Of a stretch of 64,000 nt of DNA, positions 22,583 to 34,800 are shown one piece after another. Source of the stretch: Nitrosopumilaceae archaeon. GTDB taxonomy: Archaea; Thermoproteota; Nitrososphaeria; Nitrososphaerales; Nitrosopumilaceae. The notes beneath the pieces are model-generated. The model saw nothing but the letters and a program-made list of their open reading frames with translations. It did not search any database and was not told where the DNA came from. The stretch covers positions 1,184,001 to 1,248,000 of the forward strand of contig OZ242376.1 of NCBI GenBank assembly GCA_965209085.1. The letters run 5' to 3'. A program made the translations under genes and the position numbers. The stretch's first letter is position 1. Each line of letters starts with the position of its first letter.

Positions 22583-22747
22583 GTGTTAGGAACATTAATT
22601 GTGATTATTATATTTTATATTCCATTAATGGTAGTTGTTATTGCATTTATTTTTAGTTGGATAATTGGATTAGTTTTATTGATTCTATGGATTGTAGTAA
22701 TGATGGCGTTAGGTGGCATAATATGGGCAATACAAGAAAGTAAATAA
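22583..22747 (+). CDS. Small two-TM membrane protein (54 aa, below the ORF-track cutoff)
   Basis: Read manually from a GTG start: LGTLIVIIIFYIPLMVVVIAFIFSWIIGLVLLILWIVVMMALGGIIWAIQESK. Confidence 0.45.
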   Translation: MLGTLIVIIIFYIPLMVVVIAFIFSWIIGLVLLILWIVVMMALGGIIWAIQESK

Positions 22748-22995
22748 TATTCTGATCGATATTCGCGAATAGATCCCCCCCAAACTGTTACAGGTGGGAT
22801 GAATGAAAAATGCAAAAAACAAGATTAAGTCAGAGCTAGCAAAACGATGGCTTGGCATAAAGGCACTGCAATCAACAGTCTCCGATATTGGTTCTAGTGT
22901 ATATACGGGAGTTTTTTGAAATCGTGTTATATGTCGCATGTCGGGTTAATAATAAGTTTAAATACTTAGCTATGTAATTTGTACATAGTATTGTC

Positions 22996-23247
22996 ATGAC
23001 TGAAGAAACTAACATGATAGAAGGTTTAGCAAATGGAGCTTATACAGTGGCAATATATTTTGGTAGTGTTAATCTGAATCAAAAATGTGAAATGTTTTCA
23101 AAGATATTTGATAAAAATATAGAAATGTCGAATACATTCTTTAAAGATCATGATGAAATACTGTTTTCAAAAGATAATGTTCAAGAGATAAAATCGAAAT
23201 ATATAAAAATGATCGATGATTATAAACCAAATTCCGCCAATCAATAA
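22996..23247 (+). CDS. Hypothetical protein
   Basis: 83-aa ATG ORF with an upstream TTTAAATA box. Confidence 0.5.
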   Translation: MTEETNMIEGLANGAYTVAIYFGSVNLNQKCEMFSKIFDKNIEMSNTFFKDHDEILFSKDNVQEIKSKYIKMIDDYKPNSANQ

Positions 23248-23259
23248 TACATTAGTTAA

Positions 23260-23920
23260 TCACATGCGCGATTTTTCAAGCAGATAATCCACCAAAATAT
23301 TGAATCTGTTCTTGTTCCTGTTGTTATATCATCATTCCATTTCTTTGATGTATAGTGGAAACTTGTCAGATTTCATTCCATGATGTTTTGCCAAATTTTG
23401 TTTTGCATAGCTCCAAAAACTTTCCAAACCGTTTATGTGGACTCTTCCCTGGGCAAAGATTTTACTGTGATCGACAGTCAGATGTGTATATCCAGAGAAC
23501 ATCAGCGCATCATATCCTTTCCACTTGTCAGTATACCTGATGCTTCCTCGTTTCACTTTTTTCAGAGTGTTTTTTAGCAACGTTTTGGCCTTGACATTTT
23601 TTACAATTTTAACTCGGACCGTTCTTTTTCTTTCAAGTATGCCAAAAACTATGGTCTTGTTTTTTGCTACACGACCGTGATTTCCCTTACGTTTTCAACC
23701 AAAATATGCCTCATCCAGCTCAAACTTGCCCTTGATGGTTTTCTCCGTTTTCATAGTTGTGCAGTATTGCATAGCACATGCAATCAAATGTGGCCAATGC
23801 GGTTGGATAACTAATCCCAATTTCGATTGAAGCCCGTCTAGCACTTGTTCCGATCTCAAAAGTTTTATCATAGCAATCCACTTTGCCACATCTATTCGTA
23901 TTTCATAAATCCTTGGACCA
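23260..23920 (-). pseudogene. IS1595-family (ISXO2-like) transposase pseudogene
   Basis: ELDEAYFG, YTDKWKGY and HINGLESFWS...YIKEME motifs in broken frames. Confidence 0.85.
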
Positions 23921-25163
23921 TATACCGCAGATCATTAATTCGTTTAAATTCTGAATGACGTTCATAAATGATTCATGTTTTTACATATACCCGCAAGCAT
24001 AAATTCGTTTAAAAATCCACCATTACACAGTAGCAACGTTTTTTGATCACGACATCGGAACCAATTCATGCAAGTTAGCAATGAGGATCTCCTCCAGGCT
24101 TATAATGACTGCAAAGATTCTCGCGTAGAAACAAGACTGCATGCGATGTGTCTGGTGCAAATACGCGGCTACGACATACAAGAAACCGCGGATCTCGTAT
24201 TCCGAACGTACCAGTTTGTACACAAATGGCACGTTCGATACGAAAAATACGGACTCATAGGCCTGGAGGAAGGGTCCTGATGCGGACGACCGCCAAAGAT
24301 TTCACCAAACATCATGATGCAGATAGAAAAAAAGTTTACAAAAATCGGAACCATTACGCTTCCAAAGCAGGTCCGTGATTACATTAAAAATATGACAGGA
24401 ATAACATATCATATTACGCACATATGCAGACTGATGCGGGAATGGAAACTAAAATCAAAGGTACCGCAAAAAGTACACGCTAATGCTGCATCATACGATG
24501 AGTGTTATGCATGGTATAGGCGTATAATGTGCATTATTGCCCACGAAATGGCAAGAGGGACAAAGATCTTTGTCCAGGATGAGACCATAGTGAGCAGTGA
24601 TGGTAAACTGACTAAAAAATACTGGTGCAATGAGAATGAACGCCCCATCTATACATGGAAGGGGGATCGCAGAAAATTCATAACATACGGAATGATTTCA
24701 GTTTCAGGGGAGAAATTTTTTAGATCATACGACAAGTTTGATGGTCTGACGTTTTTAAGATACATAAAAGATGCAGCAGCAAAATACGGCAGAATACTGG
24801 TAATCGTAGACAGAGCCCGGCAACATAAAACGATAAAGCTTGAAGAATACATCAAAGAGAACAAGGATAAGATTCGGATAGAATACCTCCCAAGAGCATC
24901 ACCACAACACAACATCATGGAGACGATCTGGCTTGTCGCCAAGCAGGATATGGATCATTCAGAATATTATCCCCAACTTGAAGAGAAGAGGGTTAGGTTT
25001 ATGGAATATCTGCGTACGAGAAAACTGCCGGGTAATGTCATGGATTATTTTAAACCAGAGTTGGTGAATTTTTAAACGAATTTATGATCTGGGGTATAGA
25101 TAACTTTGTCATATTATGATAATAATGATGGTTTTTTTAAACGAATTAATGCTTTGGGGTATA
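23921..25163. mobile_element. Outer IS630-type IR pair (MITE-like, ~130 bp) surrounding the IS630
   Basis: IRs at 23921..23948 and 25136..25163 (25/28 match), each offset 65 bp from the inner ends. Confidence 0.6.
23986..25098 (+). mobile_element. IS630-family element, disrupted (24068..24280 + 24314..25075)
   Basis: VQDET, VIVDRARQH and YLPRASPQHNIMETIW motifs; TA-ended IRs TATACCCGCAAGCATAAATTCGTTTAAAAA / TTTTTAAACGAATTTATGATCTGGGGTATA. Confidence 0.9.
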
Positions 25164-25409
25164 CATTGGAATTTTCTTTTTGCAGTAAATGAATAGTTTA
25201 TAGATATTAATCACAACACATGCTTATAAATTTTAGTTCATATGATTTTTAATTATATAATTAGAGATCATGGCATGCAAAATTAATTTTACATAATCAA
25301 AAATTCTATGATATATGCAACACATATGTTACGGTATTTTCAGTGTTAGTCAATACCACATGTAATAATTATCAAAAGCTATATTTTGTGTCGAATGATC
25401 TAATTTAAT

Positions 25410-26393
25410 ATGCCAATAAATAATGAAAAAGAGCAAATAAAAAAGCCTCATGTTGTTATATTAGGTGCAGGGGCTAGTAAAGCAGCTTGTGAATTTGGAG
25501 ATATTAACAATAAAAAATTACCGTTAATGAACGATTTAATTGTCACTATTGGTCTTGATTCTGATTTTAAAAAATGGAAAATTGATCCAAATCAAAATTT
25601 TGAATTGATTTATGGTCAACTATATAAAAAAAGAGATTATGAAAAAATCGAAAAAATTGAAAGTAAAATTTATGAATATTTTTCAAATTTAAAACTGCCA
25701 GATAAACCTACAATTTATGACCACTTAGTATTATCATTAACCGATGCAGATATTATTGCAACATTCAATTGGGATCCATTATTAACTCAAGCATATATAA
25801 GAAATAGTAACACAGGCTTAAAATTACCTCAAATTTATTCCTTACATGGAAATGTTTGTTTAGGTTATTGTGAAGATCATATAAGAAAAGGACCTCCTGA
25901 AGATTATTGTCCAGAATGTAGAAAAAAATTTAAACCAACTCCAATACTTTTTCCAATAAAAGAAAAAAATTATTCGGAAAATTCCTTAATACGTAATGAA
26001 TGGACAGGAATAAAACATGGATTAAAACATGGATTCATGATAACAATTTTTGGGTATAGTGCACCAATAAATGATAAAAACGCAATATCAATCATGAAAG
26101 ATGCGTGGGGGAAAACTTCTGATCGAATTATGGAACAAACAGAATTTATTACAATAGAAAGTTCAGATCATGTGTATAACCACTGGGGAAAATTCATACA
26201 TGGTTCACATTTTGAAGTACATGATAATTTTTATGAATCAATTATAGCAAAACACCCACGTCGTACCGGTGAAGCATACCATGAGAGATTTTTAATGGCG
26301 AATTTTTTAGAACCTAATCCAATTCCTAAGGATTATGATTTTGATAAACTTTGGGAGTGGCTAAAATATTCCAACGATGTAAAAATGTACTAA
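25410..26393 (+). CDS. SIR2-like (SIR2_2) domain protein
   Basis: VVILGAGAS, ATFNWD, LHGN, Cys/His zinc knuckle and IFGYS. Confidence 0.8.
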   Translation: MPINNEKEQIKKPHVVILGAGASKAACEFGDINNKKLPLMNDLIVTIGLDSDFKKWKIDPNQNFELIYGQLYKKRDYEKIEKIESKIYEYFSNLKLPDKPTIYDHLVLSLTDADIIATFNWDPLLTQAYIRNSNTGLKLPQIYSLHGNVCLGYCEDHIRKGPPEDYCPECRKKFKPTPILFPIKEKNYSENSLIRNEWTGIKHGLKHGFMITIFGYSAPINDKNAISIMKDAWGKTSDRIMEQTEFITIESSDHVYNHWGKFIHGSHFEVHDNFYESIIAKHPRRTGEAYHERFLMANFLEPNPIPKDYDFDKLWEWLKYSNDVKMY

Positions 26394-26496
26394 ATATTAT
26401 AAAAATTCATGTTTAATATAAACATGTTATTTTTTAAATATAAAATTGAGTTATAGATATGTAAACACAAATAATATACCACGATTAAATTAACGT

Positions 26497-28221
26497 ATGG
26501 AAAATGAAATATTTGAATCATTATGGTCTAAATATGATACAGATCGGCATGAGGATTTTATCAATATAGACTCCATGGCGTTGTTAAAAAAACTTGAGAA
26601 ATACGCCAAAACTGATGAACAGAAAAAAAATATTATGTTAGAACAACAAATAGTATCAATTATGCAGGATGTTTATATGATGTATATAAGATTAGAACTT
26701 AATAAAAGCGAGGATGGAATTATTGGGCAAAAAATAAGTAAATTTGTTAAAGAGTGTAAGTCATCATCACATTACTTTGAGCATCGTAAAAAATCAACAA
26801 CAAATTTTTGGCTACAATGTACATATCATATTGGATGTTATTTAATATCTCATTCGCATGAGAATATAATCCACATAATGAAAGTAATGTTTATAGAATG
26901 TGAAAAATTCATATCAAATGGAAATTATAATCAATGTCAACATATGTTAATTTTTTTGTATAACATTAATAAAAAATATAATTTAGATCAAACTAAAAAA
27001 ATTATTTCTAGTATAATTTCTTTTGCACATATTGGCTGTGAACGTATTGTATTTTTATTAAATTTATGCAAGTTAGCATCAAAAATTAAAGAGATTAATT
27101 ATGAAGAATTGTTACAAGTGATAAAATTACTTATTAAACAATCAGATAATGAAAAAGATCCTTATACGTATAAAGATGTAGTTTATACTGTAATATCAAT
27201 ATTAAAACCAAATACGCGAAATGAATCATTCATACAATCATTAAAAGAAAAATTTGCTAAACGCCTAGAAAGATTTGCAGACATTATTCCAGAACCTATG
27301 TTAGCAATAGAATTTTTAAGTCATGCAAATGAAATATACAATCAAATAAGATCTGGATCAAATAAAAATCATGTTGAAAATAGGATTTCAAATATCAATA
27401 TTAAAATATCTGAAAAAAACAAAAAATTACAGTTTAAAAAAATTGAACATAGATACAGCGTTAAAAAATTAGACATTCCTGGAGATACAGGTTTAGAACG
27501 TATAGAATCAATCATCATGTTTTTTAATGAAATAGTTCCTTCGACAAATAAAATTTATGAAATGACTGATAAAAATGCCAGAGCTTTTCCACTGCAAGCA
27601 ATGTTTCAAACTATACGTATGGGCGAAGATTACCCAATTTCTATTTCAACTACAGATGAAGGTATACGTGAATCAAAATTTATCGATAATTATTTGTCTC
27701 ATGTTCGACACTATGAAAATATATTATCAATTTCAATAAGAGAATTAGAAAAATCATGTTTGATCACGCCAAAAAATTATTATGATTATGTAGAAATATC
27801 TGCAATTTACGATCAAGCCAATAACCAAGATAATACGACATTAAAAATTATGCAAGCAGGGTTTAATCATCATTGTAACGGTAAATATATGGAATCAATG
27901 CATTTGTTAATGCCACAAATTGAAGATATCCTTAGAAGATTATTAATAAAATATGGAATGCCATCCACACGTATAGATAACAAATCCTATACATTGAATC
28001 ACACCCTGGGTAATTTAATTTCAAATTCTACATCAATATTCAGAAATGACATAATAAAATATATGTATATGAAATTATTAAAAGAGGGTATGAATCAAAG
28101 AAACAAATTGTGTCACGGCATGTCCACACCAGATTTATTCACGCATAGTACATCATTATCAATAATTTGTATAATATTATTTTTAGTGCATTCATATAAT
28201 TATACTCAAAATCATAAATAA
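26497..28221 (+). CDS. DUF4209-like protein with C-terminal HEPN motif
   Basis: MHLLMPQIEDILR...TLGNL...GMNQRNKLCHG (RxxxxH). Confidence 0.75.
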   Translation: MENEIFESLWSKYDTDRHEDFINIDSMALLKKLEKYAKTDEQKKNIMLEQQIVSIMQDVYMMYIRLELNKSEDGIIGQKISKFVKECKSSSHYFEHRKKSTTNFWLQCTYHIGCYLISHSHENIIHIMKVMFIECEKFISNGNYNQCQHMLIFLYNINKKYNLDQTKKIISSIISFAHIGCERIVFLLNLCKLASKIKEINYEELLQVIKLLIKQSDNEKDPYTYKDVVYTVISILKPNTRNESFIQSLKEKFAKRLERFADIIPEPMLAIEFLSHANEIYNQIRSGSNKNHVENRISNINIKISEKNKKLQFKKIEHRYSVKKLDIPGDTGLERIESIIMFFNEIVPSTNKIYEMTDKNARAFPLQAMFQTIRMGEDYPISISTTDEGIRESKFIDNYLSHVRHYENILSISIRELEKSCLITPKNYYDYVEISAIYDQANNQDNTTLKIMQAGFNHHCNGKYMESMHLLMPQIEDILRRLLIKYGMPSTRIDNKSYTLNHTLGNLISNSTSIFRNDIIKYMYMKLLKEGMNQRNKLCHGMSTPDLFTHSTSLSIICIILFLVHSYNYTQNHK

Positions 28222-28354
28222 ATATTATTAAACGAATTATATTAAAAAAAATACATTTAATTTATTAAATAATTCGTCAAAAATCCAATATGATAAATTT
28301 GTATCATATGTGATCCTCATATAGGTTTAAAAATCCCATAATCAATTTCACCGT

Positions 28355-28531
28355 ATGAAAGATAAAATTGGCGAAAGACCTGTCGAAATAACAGAATTAG
28401 GAGGAAACCTTGTTTTAAAGTTCTACCCGATGACGAAAAACGCAAAAAACCCAAACAAGGTACTATTCTGCCTCACCATGGATTCTGAAGCCCGCAACAA
28501 ATTGGAAAAAATCTGCAAAGGTAAAAAATAA
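28355..28531 (+). CDS. Small hypothetical protein (58 aa)
   Basis: Read manually: MKDKIGERPVEITELGGNLVLKFYPMTKNAKNPNKVLFCLTMDSEARNKLEKICKGKK, with an upstream TTTAAAAA box. Confidence 0.6.
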   Translation: MKDKIGERPVEITELGGNLVLKFYPMTKNAKNPNKVLFCLTMDSEARNKLEKICKGKK

Positions 28532-28544
28532 TCAAATCATACAT

Positions 28545-29543
28545 TTATTTTTTTACTTTGCGGATTCGTTCCGAGTGCCTGCCCGGTATCTCTACGACGT
28601 ACAGACCATCGCCTAGGTCCACAAACCAGTTTAACAACACATCAACATTCTCGGTCAGCTCACGCCTAGTTGGTACAGGCACATCCACACAATTATCTTG
28701 TATCCATGCCTTTATGGCTCCAAAATGCTCGCCATTTTCAATAAACCCATCAATTTCAACTATAAACGGATGTGCAAAAAATGCACCCTGTAATTTTTTC
28801 CTAAATTCTTCATCAGACATACCTTTTTTTAACGAGTAGTTTGCAATATCATGAAACGCACAATTTCGTTTTTCAGTATTATCAATTACCACGTTATTTT
28901 CCATATCATGATAACACTGCAGCAAGTTACCGACTGAACTGCTCATGGGAAGTGCGGATATAAGAAACGCCTGTTTCTTGTACAGATAGTCTGTAATCTC
29001 ATTTTCTTCTGCAAGCGGTGGCATTTTTTGCTGTTTATTTTTCCAAATTTTTGCCCAAGCGTATACGTCATCATCCACTAGTATTGAATTTTTTTGAATT
29101 GATGCAAGATACAATCTATCATTATCCGTCAGATCATATATCAGCGTAGCGCATTCTATGCTAGGCTTGTCCGTATCAACGCCAAGACCGCGACCGGAAA
29201 CATTGGCAGTAGAAAGTATGACATCATCAAAATCCACAGAGTATACCTTGAGATGTATGCTGTTATTCACGTACAATCGTGCATCAAGTTTTTCACATAT
29301 GCGATATGATTCAATATCCGAGGCGCCAGATGCAATATCCCTAGGCTTCCAGGATGTAATCACTACGATTTCAGCATCAATGCCATCCAAAAGCCGCTCA
29401 AGTACTGTAGATTGGATATACGGTGCGATCACGTATACTATCCCATACGTTCCAGACGCACTCATCAGATACTCCCGAATTTGTCCAAAAAGCGGGTTTT
29501 GTAAAAGACGGTTTTTAGACTGATCGGGCATATTATTAGCCAT
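28545..29543 (-). CDS. PLD/HKD nuclease-like protein with C-terminal domain
   Basis: IAPYI, HLKVYSVD and STANVSGRGL; divergent from the desulfurase operon. Confidence 0.82.
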   Translation of the reverse strand: MANNMPDQSKNRLLQNPLFGQIREYLMSASGTYGIVYVIAPYIQSTVLERLLDGIDAEIVVITSWKPRDIASGASDIESYRICEKLDARLYVNNSIHLKVYSVDFDDVILSTANVSGRGLGVDTDKPSIECATLIYDLTDNDRLYLASIQKNSILVDDDVYAWAKIWKNKQQKMPPLAEENEITDYLYKKQAFLISALPMSSSVGNLLQCYHDMENNVVIDNTEKRNCAFHDIANYSLKKGMSDEEFRKKLQGAFFAHPFIVEIDGFIENGEHFGAIKAWIQDNCVDVPVPTRRELTENVDVLLNWFVDLGDGLYVVEIPGRHSERIRKVKK

Positions 29544-29610
29544 GTGTGTCTATACTATATCTTACGTGTATAGCTGATCTATGGTTGATCGCTATGCTAT
29601 CTGAATATTT

Positions 29611-30861
29611 ATGAAAGGCATAAAAATGCTAAAAATGAGAAATATGGAAAAACCCATCTATTTGGATTACAACTCGACCTCTCCGGTGGACGATCGTATT
29701 CTAAAGAAAATGCTCCCCATATTCACAGAAACGTATGGAAATCCATCAAACCAAAACCATGCCCACGGAGAGCAGGCGCGCACCATAATATCGGGAGCTA
29801 GAGAGCAGGTGGCCAAACTCGTAAACATGTCTCCATCAGATGTCATATTCACATCTGGGGCAACTGAGGCGAATAATCTTGCCTTGCAGGGTATGGCATC
29901 TCCGTCAGATGTTCCGTTAATTCTAGTGGGTGCAACAGAGCACAAATCCATCTTAGAGGTGGCAGACGTATTGCATAATAACAAAACTGCCGTCGTGAAG
30001 AAAATCCCAGTTACTTCAGATGGGACAATAGATCCTCCCATATTGCATGAAATGTTAAAGGATGTAAAATGTAAGATCCTAGTATCCGTCATGGCTGTAA
30101 ACAGCGAGACAGGGGTTTTGCATCCCATAGGCGAGATTGCAGATATTGTACATAGTTATGGAGGATTGGTTCACTGTGATGCAACACAGATAGTATGCCA
30201 TATGAAATTTGACAGTGAATATTATGGATTGGATATGATATCGCTGAGCAGTCATAAAATATACGGACCAAAAGGTGCAGGAGCCCTAGTGGCAACAAGA
30301 GAGGCACGAAAGATGCTGCATCCGATATTGTATGGCGGAGGGCAAGAGGATAATCTTAGAAGTGGAACGTTAAACGTTCCAAGTATTGCAGGATTTGGCA
30401 TGGCATGTGAAATGGTATCCAATGAAATAGATTCAAGTGGCATATTAGAGGATGGTGTATTGGATCAGATAAAACTTCGAGACTATTTGGAAAAAAAATT
30501 GCTCTCACTATTACCGGATACGCGCGTAAATGGATCCACCTCTAGGCGTATTCCAAATACTACCAATATTCATTTTGCCGGCGCTGATGCAGATGCAGTA
30601 ATGTCAAATATGCCGAATCTTTCCGTATCATCTGGCAGTGCTTGTGCATCATCCACTATTGAACCATCCCACGTATTGACCGCCATGGGAATGACTTTTG
30701 AGGAAGCAAATCAGTCCATACGGTTTTCGCTGGGATGGGCAACTACAAAAGAAGAGATAGACCGGGCAATAGACATGATAGTATATGCGGTGGAATTTGT
30801 TCGAGATATGGAAGGATACATAGAGAAAGCAGAGATTGGAGGGATAAAACATGCGAATTGA
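29611..30861 (+). CDS. Cysteine desulfurase (DndA/SspA-like by context; start may be 29644)
   Basis: YLDYNSTSP, FTSGATE, HCDATQ, SSHKIYGPKG and catalytic GSAC; overlaps the DUF4007 gene. Confidence 0.93.
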   Translation: MKGIKMLKMRNMEKPIYLDYNSTSPVDDRILKKMLPIFTETYGNPSNQNHAHGEQARTIISGAREQVAKLVNMSPSDVIFTSGATEANNLALQGMASPSDVPLILVGATEHKSILEVADVLHNNKTAVVKKIPVTSDGTIDPPILHEMLKDVKCKILVSVMAVNSETGVLHPIGEIADIVHSYGGLVHCDATQIVCHMKFDSEYYGLDMISLSSHKIYGPKGAGALVATREARKMLHPILYGGGQEDNLRSGTLNVPSIAGFGMACEMVSNEIDSSGILEDGVLDQIKLRDYLEKKLLSLLPDTRVNGSTSRRIPNTTNIHFAGADADAVMSNMPNLSVSSGSACASSTIEPSHVLTAMGMTFEEANQSIRFSLGWATTKEEIDRAIDMIVYAVEFVRDMEGYIEKAEIGGIKHAN

Positions 30862-31804
30862 GGATGCAGTAACAAAGCCCGGATTTGCCCGCCATGAGAC
30901 ATTTCACTTACGGTATGGCTGGCTCAAGAAATGCTATAATTTTGTAAAGGAGAGAAACTCCTTTCAAGATGAGAGTGCACCAGTCAAGATGGGAGTTGGT
31001 AAAAACATGGCAAAATCAATCAGATTTTGGGGATTGGCAACTAAGATCATAGAGTATGATACGGATGGGAAGAGAAAATCAGAATCCCTCACTCCTACAG
31101 AATTTGGAGATTTCATATTTGATGAAAATGGATGCGATCCATATTTGGAAAAATCAGATACGGCTTGGCTATTACATTGGAATTTGTTTGCCCCACCCAC
31201 AATGCTGCCAGTATGGTGGATTTTAATGAATGAATTTGACGTGGTTCGCAGTACACCTGAGGACATGCTTAAATTTGCACATGATAAAATATCTCAAATT
31301 GCAGACTGGAAACAACCCAACATAAACTCGATAAAAAAAGATGTAGATGTATTCATACACACATACACGACAGGTCGCAACAAAAAAACCACAATGGAGG
31401 ATTATTTGGATTCGCCATTTCGTAGCATGAATATAATAAAACGTAGTAGTGTTGATTCCTCATTACATTTCACCTTGGGTAAAAAACTTGGCATGTCTGC
31501 AAATACTGCTGCATACATTTGCTTTGATTTTCTTAGCAAACGTGGAACTGGGTCTAAAACAATTGCGATAACCACACTTGCTACAGAACCTGGAGGACCT
31601 GGAAACGCATTAAAATTGGATGAGGGAAACCTTTTATCATTGTTGCATGAATCTGCAACCGAGCATTCTAATCTGTTTCACATACAAGAGGTAAATGGCA
31701 TGGCACATCTTTCATTTGAAAAATCTACCCAAATGTGCAAAGAAAAACTACAAAAAAGCATCTATGATGTAAACCCAATTTTGGAGGCTCGAGTTAAGGC
31801 ATGA
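30851..31804 (+). CDS. DUF4007 family protein (SspB-like)
   Basis: FARHETFHLRYGWLKK, GVGKNMAKSIRFW and DPYLE...WLLHW. Confidence 0.9.
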   Translation: MRIEDAVTKPGFARHETFHLRYGWLKKCYNFVKERNSFQDESAPVKMGVGKNMAKSIRFWGLATKIIEYDTDGKRKSESLTPTEFGDFIFDENGCDPYLEKSDTAWLLHWNLFAPPTMLPVWWILMNEFDVVRSTPEDMLKFAHDKISQIADWKQPNINSIKKDVDVFIHTYTTGRNKKTTMEDYLDSPFRSMNIIKRSSVDSSLHFTLGKKLGMSANTAAYICFDFLSKRGTGSKTIAITTLATEPGGPGNALKLDEGNLLSLLHESATEHSNLFHIQEVNGMAHLSFEKSTQMCKEKLQKSIYDVNPILEARVKA

Positions 31805-34800
31805 AAATCAAATCTACTAAAACACACAAGGCCACCCCTCTAACTAGCATAGTTCAGCCAAAATCAGAATATGTCCGATCCGCCAATGTGGAACGTGATA
31901 CGTTTACATTAGATGCGTTTGCTCATTATGTTTCCGATTCTACAATAGTGGATGTAATTAGACGTGTGGTCGTATCCATGAACAAAAGTAAATCTGGTCG
32001 GGCATTCTCCATAACAGGTCCATACGGTTCTGGCAAATCTACTTTGGCAGTATTTTTGGAAGGGTTGTTATCTGCAAAAAAAGATCCTGCATACGAACAA
32101 TCCAAGAAATTTCTAGACAGCATATCCTCAGAAGTGTCAGAAATATTGGAAGATGGTCGCCATATACTCACTGCACAAAGGAATGGATTCATACGATGTA
32201 CGATAACCTCACAGTCTGAACCAGTCTCAATATCTGTAATACGAGCGCTAGATCGTGGTGCAAGAAAATATTTTGGGAATAAATATAGTAACAAGCATTT
32301 TGCTACCGCCTCTGCACTTCATAATGCCATAAACGTGGTCGAAAATGCGACCATTAAAGGCAATATTGCAGAAATTCCAGATGCGCGATCTATTCGCTAT
32401 ATTGTAGCAGGCATGTGTGAAAAAGCGCCAGTACTTTTGTTACTAGATGAATTTGGCAAAAACATGGAATATTTTGCAAAAAACGACAGTGTAGCAGACA
32501 TGTACCTGTTGCAAATGTTAGCCGAATACGGCAGTGGTAAAAAAGCACTCCCGTTGTTCCTCATCACCTTGCAACACATGGCATTTGAAGAATATTCAGA
32601 GGGCATATCTGCACCAAATCGACGTGAATGGTCAAAAGTGCAAGGTCGTTTTGATGACATCCCATTTTCAAATTCACCACAACAAACATGGGAATTAATA
32701 TCAAATTCCATTGATATTAGCCCGTTTCCTCTAAGCCTAAAAACATGGTCAAAAAATCAACATAAAAAATTACTAAAAATTACAAACAAATCAATACCTA
32801 GCACATTACAAATTGGTAATTGTTACCCATTACATCCCCTATCTCTAGTAACTCTCCCAGAATTGTGTACTAGATACGGTCAACATGAAAGAACTCTACT
32901 CTCGTTTATGGTTGGAAGTGGTAAAAACACTGTGCATGATTTTTTGGATAATAATAATTGGGATCCACAAAACCCGTCTACAGTTGGTCTAGATGTATTG
33001 TATGATTATTTCATATCTGGACACAGATCGGTTCACAACCATACATCAGCCAATATTACTCTCCTAATGGAGATTCATCTAGTAATACGGGATTCTCACG
33101 GCCTCTCAAATCTAGCATCAAAGGTATTGAAGACAATCGGACTGCTAAACCTGTTGAGCATATCTGGACCTCTTAGGGCATCATCTAGCATGCTAGAATA
33201 TGCAATAGGCAAAGATTATCAATCAGCAATCCAGGAATTGCGACAGCGTTCCATAATTACATACAGGGAATATGCTGATGAATTTCGGGTCTGGAGGGGA
33301 ACTGATGTTGATCTCCAGTCATCAATAGACATTATACGCCACAGATATACCAAAACTCCCCTCCACGAGATCTTGGAAAAAGTTCAAAATCTTGATTCAA
33401 TGGTTGCAGCAAGACATGGTATCCGTAAAGGTACAATGCGTACCTTTGAGAGAGGGTTTTTGGACAATAAAGGGAACAGAATTTATGAACCTGAAAATGA
33501 CGACGGATTGGTTCTGTACTCTAGCGGGGATATGGTACAATCTACAAAGAAAATCGCAAAACCTGTAATCATAGTAGAATCTAGAGATGATCTTTTACCC
33601 CTGAGGCATTCTGCAATAGATGCACTATCCATAAAGGAAATTTTGGATACAGATCCCAACGTATCAAAAGATTGGGTTGCACGCAAGGAATTATGGGAAC
33701 GTATGGAATGGGCTACAAGCTCAGTAGAAGAGGAATTTCGTAGAGCATACGATCAGAATGCAACTTGGTGGTATATCAATCCACCAAATGGTAAAAAGAT
33801 CAAACTATCTGGAACAGGCGGCATGGCCATATCCCAAGCATCTGATTTAGCGTATGATATGATGCCACGCATACTCAACGAAATGATAAACAGAAATCAC
33901 CTATCAGCACAATCATCACGTGCACGTGCATTATTGGTTAATTCTATGATAAATCATGAACACGACATTCGTTTTAACATCAAAGGCTGGGGACCGGAGA
34001 GAGCAATGTATGAAGCTATTTTTGCAAATACAAAACTACACATTAAATCCAGTAAAAATTGGAATCTTGTAGAATCAGGAGGGAAATTCAAAAATGTATG
34101 GATACATGTAATGAAATATCTCGGATCAAACAAGGAGAGACGAATAAATTTGAATGAGATCTATATGGAGCTCCAAAAACCACCATTTGGGATAAAACTT
34201 GGTCTGATCCCGATAATAATAATATCAATGTTTGTGGCTAGTCACAATAAGATTGCCTTGTATGAGCATGGAACATACTGTCCGGAACTAGAACCTCAGA
34301 TACTAGAACGAATGTACAAAAACCCCAAATATTTTGAATTCAAATATTTTGGAGACAAGATGAATTTGCGACGCAGTATAATAACCGCAGTTGCAAAAGA
34401 GATGGAAATTACTTCAAAATCCAACAATGTTGAAATTTTAGACATTGTTGGAAAATTGGTAAAAACCATTGTAAAACTTCAAAAATATACCAAACATACA
34501 AAATCGTTCAAAGATAAACATACGCTAAAAGTACGCGATGCAATAATCAATGCAACAGAGCCTGATACATTGTTGTTTGATCTTCTTCCACAGGCTCTAA
34601 ACATTGATTTATTTGGAAAACATGCAAATGTTAGGACAATAAACAAATTTGCAAAAAATCTTGCTCGCTCACTGCATTTGTTAGAAAATACGTACGATGG
34701 TATGATTAATGATCTAGTCATCGAATTGTTAGATGTTTCTGGAATTGGGAAAAAAGAAGATCTAGTATCAGTTGCGGCCAATTTAAAAAATCAAATTAAA

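Noticed and set aside
29611-30861. Housekeeping IscS/SufS for Fe-S assembly
   Set aside because: No iscU/suf neighbours; it is coupled to DUF4007 inside a mobile island.
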